A stretch of 64,000 nucleotides of DNA from Clostridiales bacterium. GTDB lineage: Bacteria; Bacillota; Clostridia; Christensenellales; Borkfalkiaceae. The stretch lies in contig SVHZ01000004.1 of NCBI GenBank assembly GCA_015055525.1, forward strand, positions 187-64,186. The letters run 5' to 3'. The position numbers were made by a program, and so were the translations under genes. Below, in pieces: positions 11,259 to 19,996 of this stretch (the first letter of the stretch is position 1; each line of letters begins with the position of its first letter). Under the pieces are notes generated by a model that worked only from the letters and a program-made list of their open reading frames with translations, did no database searches and was not told where the DNA came from.

Positions 11259-12655
11259 TATTTTTCCTCCGCTTCAAAAGTCAACTTTTTCACCATAGGC
11301 AAAAGAACCGCAAAACCAACGGCAGTAGTTACAATCCACGACACGGGGTAAGAAAGGTAAATGAGTGTTATATTTGGACTGATAGCGTTTACGACGCTTA
11401 CCCAAATAACTCTTAATATACACGCGCCAATGAGAGAAATTATCATACCCGTAAAACTCTTGCCAAGCCCACGCATAGAATAAGTTGCTATTTCCATAGT
11501 TCCGCACAAGAAATAAGGCAATCCCACGATAAGTATTCGATTAAACGCAATGGCTACAACTTCTTTATTTTCTGCCAAAACCCCAACTAACGGTTGGCAT
11601 ACTACGGCAGAAATTAAACCTAACACTATACCCACTACACTCGTTAAAATAGTCCCGTATAAAATAGTTCTTTTAATTCTTTCTTTATTTTTTGCGCCGT
11701 AGTTTTGGCTAATAAACGTCATAATAGCAACCGATACGGCGTTCATTGACGTATAAACGTACGCTTCGATTTGTTGAGCGTAAGAAACGCCCGCCATAGC
11801 AACGTTACCAAACTGATTGATTGAAGATTGAATAGTTACGTTTGAAAAAGAGAACAACGCGCTTTGAATCCCGGACGGAACGCCTATTCTTAAAACGTCT
11901 AAAAGGTCTTTTTTATAAAAACGAATATACTTGAATTTAAGTTGAACAGAGCCTTTTGCTCTTAAAAGTTGAATTAAGCAAAGCGCTGCGGCAATACCTT
12001 GAGCAACTACCGTTGCTATCGCAACGCCCTCAACCGTCATTTTCAAAACGGTTACGAAAAAGATATTCAAGCCTACGTTTACCACACCGCCTATCATAAG
12101 ATAGATAAGCGGGCGCTTGCTGTCGCCTGCCGCACGCATAATTGCCGCCAAAAAGTTATAGAGCATTACAAGCGGAACACCCAAAAAGTAAACTTGAAGA
12201 TAAGTGGTTGAAAGGTCTATAACGTTTTCATCCGACTTCATAAGCGTTAAAAAGAATCTTGAACCAAACCAACCCACAAATACTAAAACAAAACCGAAGA
12301 TAAGGCTTAAAAGTATGCTCATACCGATAACGCGCTTAGCACCTTCTTCATCGTGATTGCCAAGATGGCGTGAAACAACAACGTTAACGCCTATTGCTAA
12401 ACCTATGAAAAATCCCGTCAAAAGGTTTACGAGCGAACTTGTTGAACCTACCGCAGCAACGGCATTATCGCCAACTAATGCGCCTAAAACTGCAATATCT
12501 GCCGTATTGAAAACGAGTTGAAGAACGTTTGTAAGCAAAAGAGGCAAAAAGAATAAAAGCATTTGCTTAAAAATAGGACCCGTAGTAAAGTCCTTTTCTA
12601 TTTTGCCGTTTTTCATTAAACCTCGAATTTTAATTCGCCTTGTAAAACTGTTCAT
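11258..12655 (-). CDS. MATE-family efflux transporter (paralogue 3 of 3)
   Basis: 465 aa. It overlaps paralogue 2 by 1 nt. An alternative ATG at 12616 also has an SD, so the start is uncertain. Confidence 0.8.
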   Translation of the reverse strand: MNSFTRRIKIRGLMKNGKIEKDFTTGPIFKQMLLFFLPLLLTNVLQLVFNTADIAVLGALVGDNAVAAVGSTSSLVNLLTGFFIGLAIGVNVVVSRHLGNHDEEGAKRVIGMSILLSLIFGFVLVFVGWFGSRFFLTLMKSDENVIDLSTTYLQVYFLGVPLVMLYNFLAAIMRAAGDSKRPLIYLMIGGVVNVGLNIFFVTVLKMTVEGVAIATVVAQGIAAALCLIQLLRAKGSVQLKFKYIRFYKKDLLDVLRIGVPSGIQSALFSFSNVTIQSSINQFGNVAMAGVSYAQQIEAYVYTSMNAVSVAIMTFISQNYGAKNKERIKRTILYGTILTSVVGIVLGLISAVVCQPLVGVLAENKEVVAIAFNRILIVGLPYFLCGTMEIATYSMRGLGKSFTGMIISLIGACILRVIWVSVVNAISPNITLIYLSYPVSWIVTTAVGFAVLLPMVKKLTFEAEEK

Positions 12656-12762
12656 AATTTCCTCATCGGTTGCGTTATCAGTAATAGAATACCACCTAAA
12701 AATTTTTAACGCAACTTTTTAACCCCTAAAAATAAATTTATTATCAAATAAATTTGGATATG

Positions 12763-12792
12763 CAAAAAACGGCGGAATATTCCGCCGTTTTT
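12763..12792 (-). terminator. Terminator of glyA
   Basis: Palindrome acggcggaatattccgccgt flanked by an A-run and a T-run, directly after the glyA stop at 12794. Confidence 0.75.
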
Positions 12793-12793
12793 A

Positions 12794-14047
12794 TTAATCT
12801 TTATAGATAGGGAATTTTTCGCAAAGAGCAATAACTTCAGATTTAATTTGCTCTTTCTTTTCTTCAAAATTAAAGGTTACGTCATAGATAAATTCTGCGA
12901 TTTTTTCCATTTCTGCTTCCTTAAATCCACGCGAAGTAACCGCAGGAGTACCAATTCTTACACCGCTTGTTACAAACGGACTTTGCGGGTCGTTAGGAAT
13001 TGCGTTTTTATTTAAGGTAATGTGAACTTCATCTAAACGCTTTTCAAGTTCTTTACCCGTAATACCCGTATCGATAAGGTCAACGAGCATTAAGTGGTTA
13101 TCAGTTCCGCCTGAAACGAGTTTGAAACCTTTTTTAACAAGAGCGTTGGCAAGCGCTTTTGCGTTCTTTGCAACTTGAATTTGATATTCCTTAAATTCAG
13201 GTTTTAACGCTTCGCCAAGAGCAACTGCCTTTGCTGCAATTATATGCATGAGCGGACCGCCTTGAGTTCCTGGGAAAACCGCTTTGTCAATTGCCTTTGC
13301 ATACTCTTCTTTACAAAGTATCATACCGCCACGAGGACCGCGCAAAGTCTTGTGCGTAGTAGTCGTAACAACGTCTGCATACGGAACGGGGCTTTCGTGA
13401 ACGCCGGCTGCAACTAAGCCTGCAATATGCGCCATATCAACCATTAAGTATGCGCCAACTTCATCTGCAATTTCTCTAAACTTTTTGAAATCAATAGCCC
13501 TTGCGTATGCGCTTGCGCCTGCTAAAATAAGTTTTGGCTTATGAGCAATAGCGAGTTCTCTAATTTTATCGTAATCAAGAACTTGCTCTTCTAAACTTAC
13601 TTCGTAAGGAACGATATTAAAATATTTACCAGAGATGTTAACGGGAGAGCCGTGAGATAAGTGACCGCCGTTTGCAAGTGAAAGTGAAAGAACGGTATCG
13701 CCCGGATTAAGAAGGGCGAAAAATACTGCTAAGTTTGCGTTTGCCCCGCTGTGCGGTTGAACGTTAGCGTGCTCTGCGCCGAATAATTTTTTAGCGCGTT
13801 CTCTTGCTATTTCTTCAACCTCGTCAACGTACACGCAACCGCCGTAATATCTCTTTCCGGGATAGCCTTCGGCGTACTTGTTAGTAAGCACCGTGCCAGC
13901 GGCAAGAAGTACCGCTTCGCTAACGATATTTTCAGATGCTATAAGTTCAATATTTTCTTGTTGACGATGAAGTTCTCTTTCAACTGAAACAAAAACCTCA
14001 TTGTCTAATTGTTTAAGTTTATCAAAAAACATAATTTTTTTCTCCAA
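12794..14047 (-). CDS. glyA: Serine hydroxymethyltransferase
   Basis: 417 aa with the PLP-lysine block [14 protein letters not shown] and a conserved SHMT N-terminus ([12 protein letters not shown]). Confidence 0.95.
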   Translation of the reverse strand: MEKKIMFFDKLKQLDNEVFVSVERELHRQQENIELIASENIVSEAVLLAAGTVLTNKYAEGYPGKRYYGGCVYVDEVEEIARERAKKLFGAEHANVQPHSGANANLAVFFALLNPGDTVLSLSLANGGHLSHGSPVNISGKYFNIVPYEVSLEEQVLDYDKIRELAIAHKPKLILAGASAYARAIDFKKFREIADEVGAYLMVDMAHIAGLVAAGVHESPVPYADVVTTTTHKTLRGPRGGMILCKEEYAKAIDKAVFPGTQGGPLMHIIAAKAVALGEALKPEFKEYQIQVAKNAKALANALVKKGFKLVSGGTDNHLMLVDLIDTGITGKELEKRLDEVHITLNKNAIPNDPQSPFVTSGVRIGTPAVTSRGFKEAEMEKIAEFIYDVTFNFEEKKEQIKSEVIALCEKFPIYKD

Positions 14048-14084
14048 TTTGTTTGTTTAACTCAAAGTTTGTTCAATGCTCTAC

Positions 14085-14212
14085 TTTAAGGCGTTAGAAA
14101 CAAGTATTTCAAGGCTCGACAAGTGGGGGCGGGTACAATAGACCTTTTTGGTCATTGTAATCGTACACACTTGGCAGTTAACGCAGAAATACGCCGTTTT
14201 TAACGACTTAAA
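14085..14212. repeat. Dispersed ~125-nt hairpin element, copy a (type 1)
   Basis: Starts tttaaggcgttagaaac and ends gtttttaacgacttaaa, so the ends are inverted repeats. It has the central hairpin aatagacc-ttttt-ggtcatt and an internal stem caagtg/cacttg. Its terminal TTAA supplies the stop codon (14208-14210) of the upstream transporter gene. Confidence 0.8.
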
Positions 14213-15608
14213 GGAGGGTGATCATAAGTTGGCAAGCGAGTACAACTAACACAAGCGCAATAGGATAAGTTGATGCGTACGCAGACGCTACGTCTTCAGT
14301 TTTTGAAACGTGAATTAAAGTTCCAAGAGCAGGAGTAGAAGTCATACCACCGGTAATTGAACCAAGACCGTTGAGAAGAGGAAGTTTCATAAGGTACTTT
14401 GAAATAAAGAAACCTGCAAACATAGGAACAATTGTCATAACCGCGCCACCAATAAAGCCCCAAGCAACGATTGCGCCACCAAACGCTCTGATTTGTTCAA
14501 CGAGAGCAACGCCACCTTCAAAGCCTGCGCCAAGTAAGAAGAGCGCTAAACCAAATTCACGGAGAACTTTTTTAGTTCCTTCGGTAACTTCAAGAGAAAT
14601 TTTACCGATGTGGCCAAGGTGACCGAATACTAAACACATAATAAGTACGCCACCAGTCGTTCCAAGTGAGAAACATGGACCGTTATAACCTTCGCCCGAA
14701 AGGGGGATAGTAATAGAACCTAAAAGTAAACCGCAAATAACGGCTAAACCAAAAGGCATAAAACCAAACGGTTCGCACTTGAAATATTTTGAATAATCTC
14801 TTGCGTGTTCAGTTGCGCCGATTTTAAGAAGTTCTCTTTCCTTATCCATATCAACTTTTAATAATTTAGGAAGAAGTTGAACGAATAATACAACGCCTAC
14901 AACGCCAAACGGATACGCTAAAGCGTGACCTAAAGTAATTATTGATTTAAGAGAAGGATCAGCAGCGTCAACCGCAGCAGAGAAACCCGGAGTTGAAGTG
15001 AGTGCGCCAGAAAGTACGCCAGACCAAAATTCAGGGCCGTATTCGGGAGTTAAAAGAGTGCAGATTACTGCAACTAAAGTTCCCGATAAAATAATAACAA
15101 TACCTAAAACGATATAAGTTTTGAAGTTTCTTGCTAAATCTTTGAAAAAGTTAGGGCCTGCAATAAAACCAACCGAGCCTACGAATAAAATAAGACCGAT
15201 GTTTTGAAGAGGGCTAGAAAGATATTTAACAACGGTGTGAGAAGTATCTTTAATAAGGAAAGCGTTGAGAAGGGGAACGTTTTCGGGGATAATAGTACAT
15301 AAGAAACCGAAAAGTATAGCAACTAAGAATACGCCTGCCGTTCCTAAAGTTACGCCCTTAATATCAATGCTACCAAGTAAATAACCAAGCGCAATAATTA
15401 AAAAGGCTACTACGAAAAGAACGAAAGTGGTTGAAAAGTTGAATACGTTAACAACGCCTTCTTTAACCACAACGTCGCCTACGGATTTAGGGTTAATAAT
15501 AGCGCTTGCTATACACCAACCTGCAATTAAAACAACCGCTACGATTGCAATAATAGTCCATAACAATCTGCTACTTTTTTTATTTTGATTTTCCATAATT
15601 TTCTCCAA
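14208..15608 (-). CDS. AAE-family (AspT/YidE/SucE-type) transporter, short form without central RCK_C domains
   Basis: 466 aa with two homologous polytopic halves joined by a short hydrophilic linker (DMDKERELLKIGATEHARDY). Glycine-rich helices are typical of the aspartate:alanine exchanger family. Confidence 0.65.
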   Translation of the reverse strand: MEKIMENQNKKSSRLLWTIIAIVAVVLIAGWCIASAIINPKSVGDVVVKEGVVNVFNFSTTFVLFVVAFLIIALGYLLGSIDIKGVTLGTAGVFLVAILFGFLCTIIPENVPLLNAFLIKDTSHTVVKYLSSPLQNIGLILFVGSVGFIAGPNFFKDLARNFKTYIVLGIVIILSGTLVAVICTLLTPEYGPEFWSGVLSGALTSTPGFSAAVDAADPSLKSIITLGHALAYPFGVVGVVLFVQLLPKLLKVDMDKERELLKIGATEHARDYSKYFKCEPFGFMPFGLAVICGLLLGSITIPLSGEGYNGPCFSLGTTGGVLIMCLVFGHLGHIGKISLEVTEGTKKVLREFGLALFLLGAGFEGGVALVEQIRAFGGAIVAWGFIGGAVMTIVPMFAGFFISKYLMKLPLLNGLGSITGGMTSTPALGTLIHVSKTEDVASAYASTYPIALVLVVLACQLMITLL

Positions 15609-15623
15609 GTAATATTACATTAG

Positions 15624-15656
15624 TTTAGCGTTTGGCGAAATTCGCCAAACGCTAAA
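15624..15656. repeat. 33-bp perfect palindrome (16-bp arms) in the transporter leader
   Basis: tttagcgtttggcgaa-a-ttcgccaaacgctaaa, lying 16 nt upstream (minus sense) of the transporter start. Confidence 0.9.
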
Positions 15657-15696
15657 ATTATTGTTTTGTTTTGAGCAAAGTTTATTTATCCTTCAC

Positions 15697-15822
15697 TTTA
15701 AGACGTTAGAAACAAGCTAGGCAAGGCGTTTGAGATTTTGCGGAAGGGAGCGACCTACGTGGTCGCAGGAATTTCGAAAAATCGCAAAGAACAAAGCATA
15801 GCGCCGTTTATAACGGCTTAAA
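15697..15822. repeat. Dispersed ~125-nt hairpin element, copy b (type 2)
   Basis: Near-identical to copy d (38126-38251), with compensatory substitutions in the internal stem. It ends 1 nt from the stop codon of the FrdA-like gene. Confidence 0.85.
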
Positions 15823-17430
15823 TTACATATCTCCTCTTTTATAGTTAGGCAATAATTGCGGAGATACTTTACCAGTATTTACGCCTGCTTCTTTAAGTTC
15901 TTTGTTAAAGTCAGTTACGTGAGATAAAGTAAGTTTGCCAACTTTTACAGACTTACACTTTTCACTAGCATACTTACCAGCGTTTCTACCGAATACGATA
16001 ATATCAAGGAGTGAGTTACCCATAAGTCTGTTTCTACCGTGGATACCCCCTACTGCTTCGCCTGCTACGTATAAGTTTTCAACGAGCGTAGTTTGACCGT
16101 CTGCATCGATATCGATACCGCCGTTTTGATAGTGTAAAGTTGGATAAATAAGGATAGGTTCTTTTCTAATATCTATACCGTATTTACCAAACATTCTCAT
16201 CATTGCGGGAATTCTCTTTTCGATAGTGCCTTCGCCACCGATAATTTCAATCATCGGAGTATCAAGCCATACGCCTTCGCCGTCAGTAGTCTTAACGCCG
16301 TTACCACGACCTTTACATTCTCTAATGATAGTAGATGCAGTAACGTCACGAGTTTCAAGCGAATATACGAACGCTTCACCGTCTTTATTAACGAGTTGAG
16401 CGCCGAGCGAACGAACTTTTTCAGTAACGAGCGCGCCGTAAATTTGAGTGGGTTCAGCAGCGCCGGTCGGGTGATATTGTAAAGTATCAGCGTATAAGAG
16501 TTTTGCGCCTGCGCGGTAAGCGAGAACTAAGCCGTCTGCCGTTGCGCCGTAGTGGTTAGAAGTTGGGAATCCTTGATAGTGAAGTCTTCCTGCGCCACCG
16601 GTTGCAATAATAACGGTTTTTGCCTTAGCAATTAAGATTTCGCCAGTTTCCATATTTTGTAAAACTGCGCCTGCTGCTCTACCTTGATCGTCTTTGATAA
16701 TTTCAATCGCTGCAGTAAAGTCAACAACGGGGATTCCCCTATTCATAACTTCATCACGAAGAGTTCTCATGATTTCAGCGCCAGAATAGTCTTTACAAGC
16801 GTGCATTCTCTTTCTTGAAGTACCGCCACCGTGAGTGGTAACCATCTCGCCGTCAGCAGTTTTATCGAACATTACGCCGAGATCAGAAAGCCAACGAATA
16901 GCGTCTGGTGCTTCTTTAACGAGTTTTTCAAGAAGGCAAGGTTTAGCGGCAAAGTGACCGCCACCGAACGCGTCAAGATAGTGCTGAGCAGGGCTATCGT
17001 TAGGCTTATCAGCCGCTTGGATACCGCCTTCTGCCATCATTGAGTTAGCGTCGCCAATTCTAAGTTTAGTTACGATCATAACGTTTGCGCCGTTACCGTG
17101 AGCAGTAATTGCGGCAGAAGAACCTGCGCCACCGCCACCGATAACTAAAACGTCAACGTCATAGTCGGGATTTTTAAGGTCGATTTTCTTAGGGTCAAGT
17201 CTTGACTTGCCTTGTAAAAGATCTGCAAGTTCGTGAAGAACTTTTTCACCTTTGTTAGGGCCTACTTGTAAAGTTTCGTAAGCGCCTTCGATATAGTCGG
17301 GGTGGAATTCTTTAAGAACTGCATCTTTTTGTTCAGCAGTCATTCTTGCGTGAAGATTTTTAAGTCTTTCGCTTCTTGACGCTTCTACTTTCTTTATTGA
17401 ATCAAGTTGTTCTTGAGTATATTGATACAT
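15823..17430 (-). CDS. Soluble FrdA/SdhA/TfrA-type FAD flavoprotein (fumarate reductase catalytic subunit-like)
   Basis: 535 aa with the dinucleotide fold VLVIGGGGAGSSAA, plus MAEGGIQAA, the active-site LQYHPTG and GRNRLMGNSLLDIIVFG. A ~90-aa N-terminal extension is present. Confidence 0.75.
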   Translation of the reverse strand: MYQYTQEQLDSIKKVEASRSERLKNLHARMTAEQKDAVLKEFHPDYIEGAYETLQVGPNKGEKVLHELADLLQGKSRLDPKKIDLKNPDYDVDVLVIGGGGAGSSAAITAHGNGANVMIVTKLRIGDANSMMAEGGIQAADKPNDSPAQHYLDAFGGGHFAAKPCLLEKLVKEAPDAIRWLSDLGVMFDKTADGEMVTTHGGGTSRKRMHACKDYSGAEIMRTLRDEVMNRGIPVVDFTAAIEIIKDDQGRAAGAVLQNMETGEILIAKAKTVIIATGGAGRLHYQGFPTSNHYGATADGLVLAYRAGAKLLYADTLQYHPTGAAEPTQIYGALVTEKVRSLGAQLVNKDGEAFVYSLETRDVTASTIIRECKGRGNGVKTTDGEGVWLDTPMIEIIGGEGTIEKRIPAMMRMFGKYGIDIRKEPILIYPTLHYQNGGIDIDADGQTTLVENLYVAGEAVGGIHGRNRLMGNSLLDIIVFGRNAGKYASEKCKSVKVGKLTLSHVTDFNKELKEAGVNTGKVSPQLLPNYKRGDM

Positions 17431-17444
17431 CTTTTTACCCCTCC

Positions 17445-18119
17445 TTACTTTTCAATATCTCTCGTATTGTAAAGCGCTTTTTGCTCTTCGAGAGATTTGT
17501 TCATAATGTCTGCCATGCTTTCGTCGTGCTTGCCTTCGTTGATTTCTTGAACTCTTTCAAGAAGGTGAGCGCACTCAGGAGCAATGTATTTACCGTAAAG
17601 ACGGCGAGCGAGAATTGCAACTTGCGGATGAGAAATACCAGCCGGGCATCTTGAAGAACAAAGACCGCACATAATACAGTCGAAAGATTCTTCCGCGCAC
17701 TTAGCGTATTCACCGCGTTGAGCGTAAGCTATGTATTGCATAGTTTTAAGTTCTTGCGGGCAAGCCTTAGTACAAGCGTTACAGCCGATACAACTATAAA
17801 TTTCAGGATAAAGTTGCATCATAATTTGTTCAGTAGGTTTAACCTTTTGAATATCGTAAACTTGCTTTACGAGTGGGAAGAAAGGAAGAGTTGCTACGTA
17901 CATTCCTTCTTCAACTTGTTGTTGACAAGCAAGGCAAGTTTTGAGTTCGGTTTTACCCTTAATTCTATATAAAGTTGCGCACGCGCCACAGAAGCCGTTA
18001 CGGCAACCGCAACCGCGAACGAGTTGATAGCCTGCATACTCCATAGCCTTCATAATAGTAAGACTTTGAGGTACTTCGTATTTTTTACCGAAAAAGTAAA
18101 CGTTTACCATTTTTTCCAT
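17445..18119 (-). CDS. FrdB/SdhB-like iron-sulfur subunit (2Fe-2S plus two Cys clusters)
   Basis: 224 aa with CGCRNGFCGACA, CIGCNACTKACP and CIMCGLCSSRCP. It has no CCG domain. Confidence 0.75.
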   Translation of the reverse strand: MEKMVNVYFFGKKYEVPQSLTIMKAMEYAGYQLVRGCGCRNGFCGACATLYRIKGKTELKTCLACQQQVEEGMYVATLPFFPLVKQVYDIQKVKPTEQIMMQLYPEIYSCIGCNACTKACPQELKTMQYIAYAQRGEYAKCAEESFDCIMCGLCSSRCPAGISHPQVAILARRLYGKYIAPECAHLLERVQEINEGKHDESMADIMNKSLEEQKALYNTRDIEK

Positions 18120-18150
18120 AATAGTTTTCTCCTAGTCCTTATTTCCGATT

Positions 18151-18978
18151 TTAATACTCTGAAGGAAGTTCTTCGAGTTGGTCCATACGGAATACAGGAC
18201 CGTCTTTACAAATGTATTGATTGCCTACGTTACAACGACCGCATTTACCAATACCGCATTTCATTCTAAATTCAAGCGTAGTAAATACTTGAGTCTTTTC
18301 AAATCCAAGTTCTAAAAGGGCTTGGAGTGTGAACTTAATCATTATCGGCGGACCGCAAAGTACCGCTGTTCTATCCGTAGGGATATTAACTTCTTTAACG
18401 TACGCAGGTACGAAACCAACGTGGCCGTCCCAACCGTCTTGCGGGCGGTCAATCGTAAGATATACGTTGAAGTCTTTTTCGTTTACCCACTCTTGTTGAA
18501 TTTCTTTGAAATCAACTAAATCGTCCATTGAACGTGAGCCGTAAACGATATCAACCGTACCGTAATCTTCCCTATGCGCTCTAACGTAGTTAATTACTGA
18601 ACGGAGTGGCGCTAAGCCTATACCACCTGCTATAAAGAGTAAGTTTTTACCCTTGAAGTCTTTGGTTACGGGGAAACCGTTGCCATAAGGTCCACGAATT
18701 GTGATTTGTTGACCAACTTCGGCTTGGTGAAGCCAAGAAGTTACGCAACCGCATTTCTTTATAGAAAATTCCATAAATTCGGTGTTCGTTGGAGATGAAG
18801 TAATTGAGAACATCGCTTCGCCTACGCCGGGGATAGAAAGCATCGCGCATTGACCGGGCATGTGTTCAAAAGCCTTCTTTCCGTCGGGAGTAACTACTCT
18901 AAAAGTCTTTACGTCGGGGGTGTCTCTTCTTATGTCGGTTATTACGCCGATTACTGGAATAAGCGCTTCGTTAGTCAT
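18151..18978 (-). CDS. flxA: FAD/NAD(P)H-binding oxidoreductase with C-terminal 2Fe-2S (FlxA / AsrB / HydG-like)
   Basis: 275 aa with a ferredoxin-reductase-type fold (LLFIAGGIGLAPL) and C-terminal CGIGKCGRCNVG. Confidence 0.7.
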   Translation of the reverse strand: MTNEALIPVIGVITDIRRDTPDVKTFRVVTPDGKKAFEHMPGQCAMLSIPGVGEAMFSITSSPTNTEFMEFSIKKCGCVTSWLHQAEVGQQITIRGPYGNGFPVTKDFKGKNLLFIAGGIGLAPLRSVINYVRAHREDYGTVDIVYGSRSMDDLVDFKEIQQEWVNEKDFNVYLTIDRPQDGWDGHVGFVPAYVKEVNIPTDRTAVLCGPPIMIKFTLQALLELGFEKTQVFTTLEFRMKCGIGKCGRCNVGNQYICKDGPVFRMDQLEELPSEY

Positions 18979-19996
18979 TGATTTTACCTCCGATTTTCTT
19001 AATTACTTTTACGATATTGAGTGATTGCGGGCATTTTTTAACGCATCTTCCGCAACCTACGCAACCATACTCGCCGTCGTTATTAGACGGGAAGTAGCAA
19101 AGTTTGTGCATAAATCTTTGACGGTAGCGTTGCATTTGAGTTTTTCTCGGATTTTCCGCCGCCATCTTAGTAAAGTCAGAATACATGCAAGAATCCCAGC
19201 ATCTAAATCTCTTTACACCTGCGTTAGTTTCAAAATCTCTAATGTCAAAGCATTGGCAAGTTGGGCAAACGAAAGTACAAGTTCCGCAACCCAAGCAAGC
19301 TTTAGAAAGTTCTTCCCACTCAGGTCTATCAAAGAGTTTCATAAGGTTTTCGCCCTTGAAGTCTGAAAGGTCGAGATTTACAAAGGGAAGCGCGTCTATC
19401 TTTTTAACGATTTCAGCCTTTTCATCTTCTACCTTCTTAGCATCGCCGTCTTCAAGACAAGTGAGTTTTGAAAGCAATTCGCTACCCTTTTCAGTAAGCG
19501 CTTCAAAGAACATTTCTTCATTTGCGATAGTTGCTTGAATATCGCCCTTGGGGTTTGACGCATCTACGCCGAATACTTTACAGAAACATGAACTTTCAGG
19601 ATTGTTACAAGCAAGAGTTATTACGGTAACCGCATCTCTCTTTGCCTTATACATAGTGTCAACAGGTTCGGCAAGGAACACTTTATCTAAAACTTCAAAA
19701 CTCTTAAAATCACAACCGCGAACGCCGAAGAGTACGAAAGGTACTGCTTGTTTTCTAGCGTCTTTGATTTCAATGTTTTTACCCGAAGTCTTAAACTCCA
19801 TCATATCTTCAGATTGAGGGAAGAATAAATCTTTAGCAGATTTTACGGTTTGAAGTGATTTAATATCAACGTCAACGCCGTCTTCGAATTTTTTGAAGTT
19901 CGTTGCGCCCGCAACTTTAACGGGAAGGTAAAGTTCTTGAGCGCTCGCTATTTCCTTATATAATAAGTCTAAATTCTTAATTGCTATCTTTTTCAT
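18971..19996 (-). CDS. flxB: Poly-ferredoxin iron-sulfur protein (FlxB / AsrA / HydB-like)
   Basis: 341 aa with CLGCGTCTFVCPTCQC and CVGCGRCVKKCP. It overlaps flxA by 8 nt. Confidence 0.65.
   Translation of the reverse strand: MKKIAIKNLDLLYKEIASAQELYLPVKVAGATNFKKFEDGVDVDIKSLQTVKSAKDLFFPQSEDMMEFKTSGKNIEIKDARKQAVPFVLFGVRGCDFKSFEVLDKVFLAEPVDTMYKAKRDAVTVITLACNNPESSCFCKVFGVDASNPKGDIQATIANEEMFFEALTEKGSELLSKLTCLEDGDAKKVEDEKAEIVKKIDALPFVNLDLSDFKGENLMKLFDRPEWEELSKACLGCGTCTFVCPTCQCFDIRDFETNAGVKRFRCWDSCMYSDFTKMAAENPRKTQMQRYRQRFMHKLCYFPSNNDGEYGCVGCGRCVKKCPQSLNIVKVIKKIGGKIND

Noticed and set aside
10921-11298. 125-aa plus-strand ORF, and 9594..9824 and 11999..12211
   Set aside because: These are antisense shadow ORFs within the MATE paralogues.
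14048-14207. ZTP (pfl), THF or glycine riboswitch, or a T-box, in the glyA leader
   Set aside because: No GGGUCGUGACUGGCG...CCGCCUGGGC-type ZTP core, no T-box GGUGGNACC sequence and no other recognisable aptamer core is present. The spacer is instead occupied by repeat element a.
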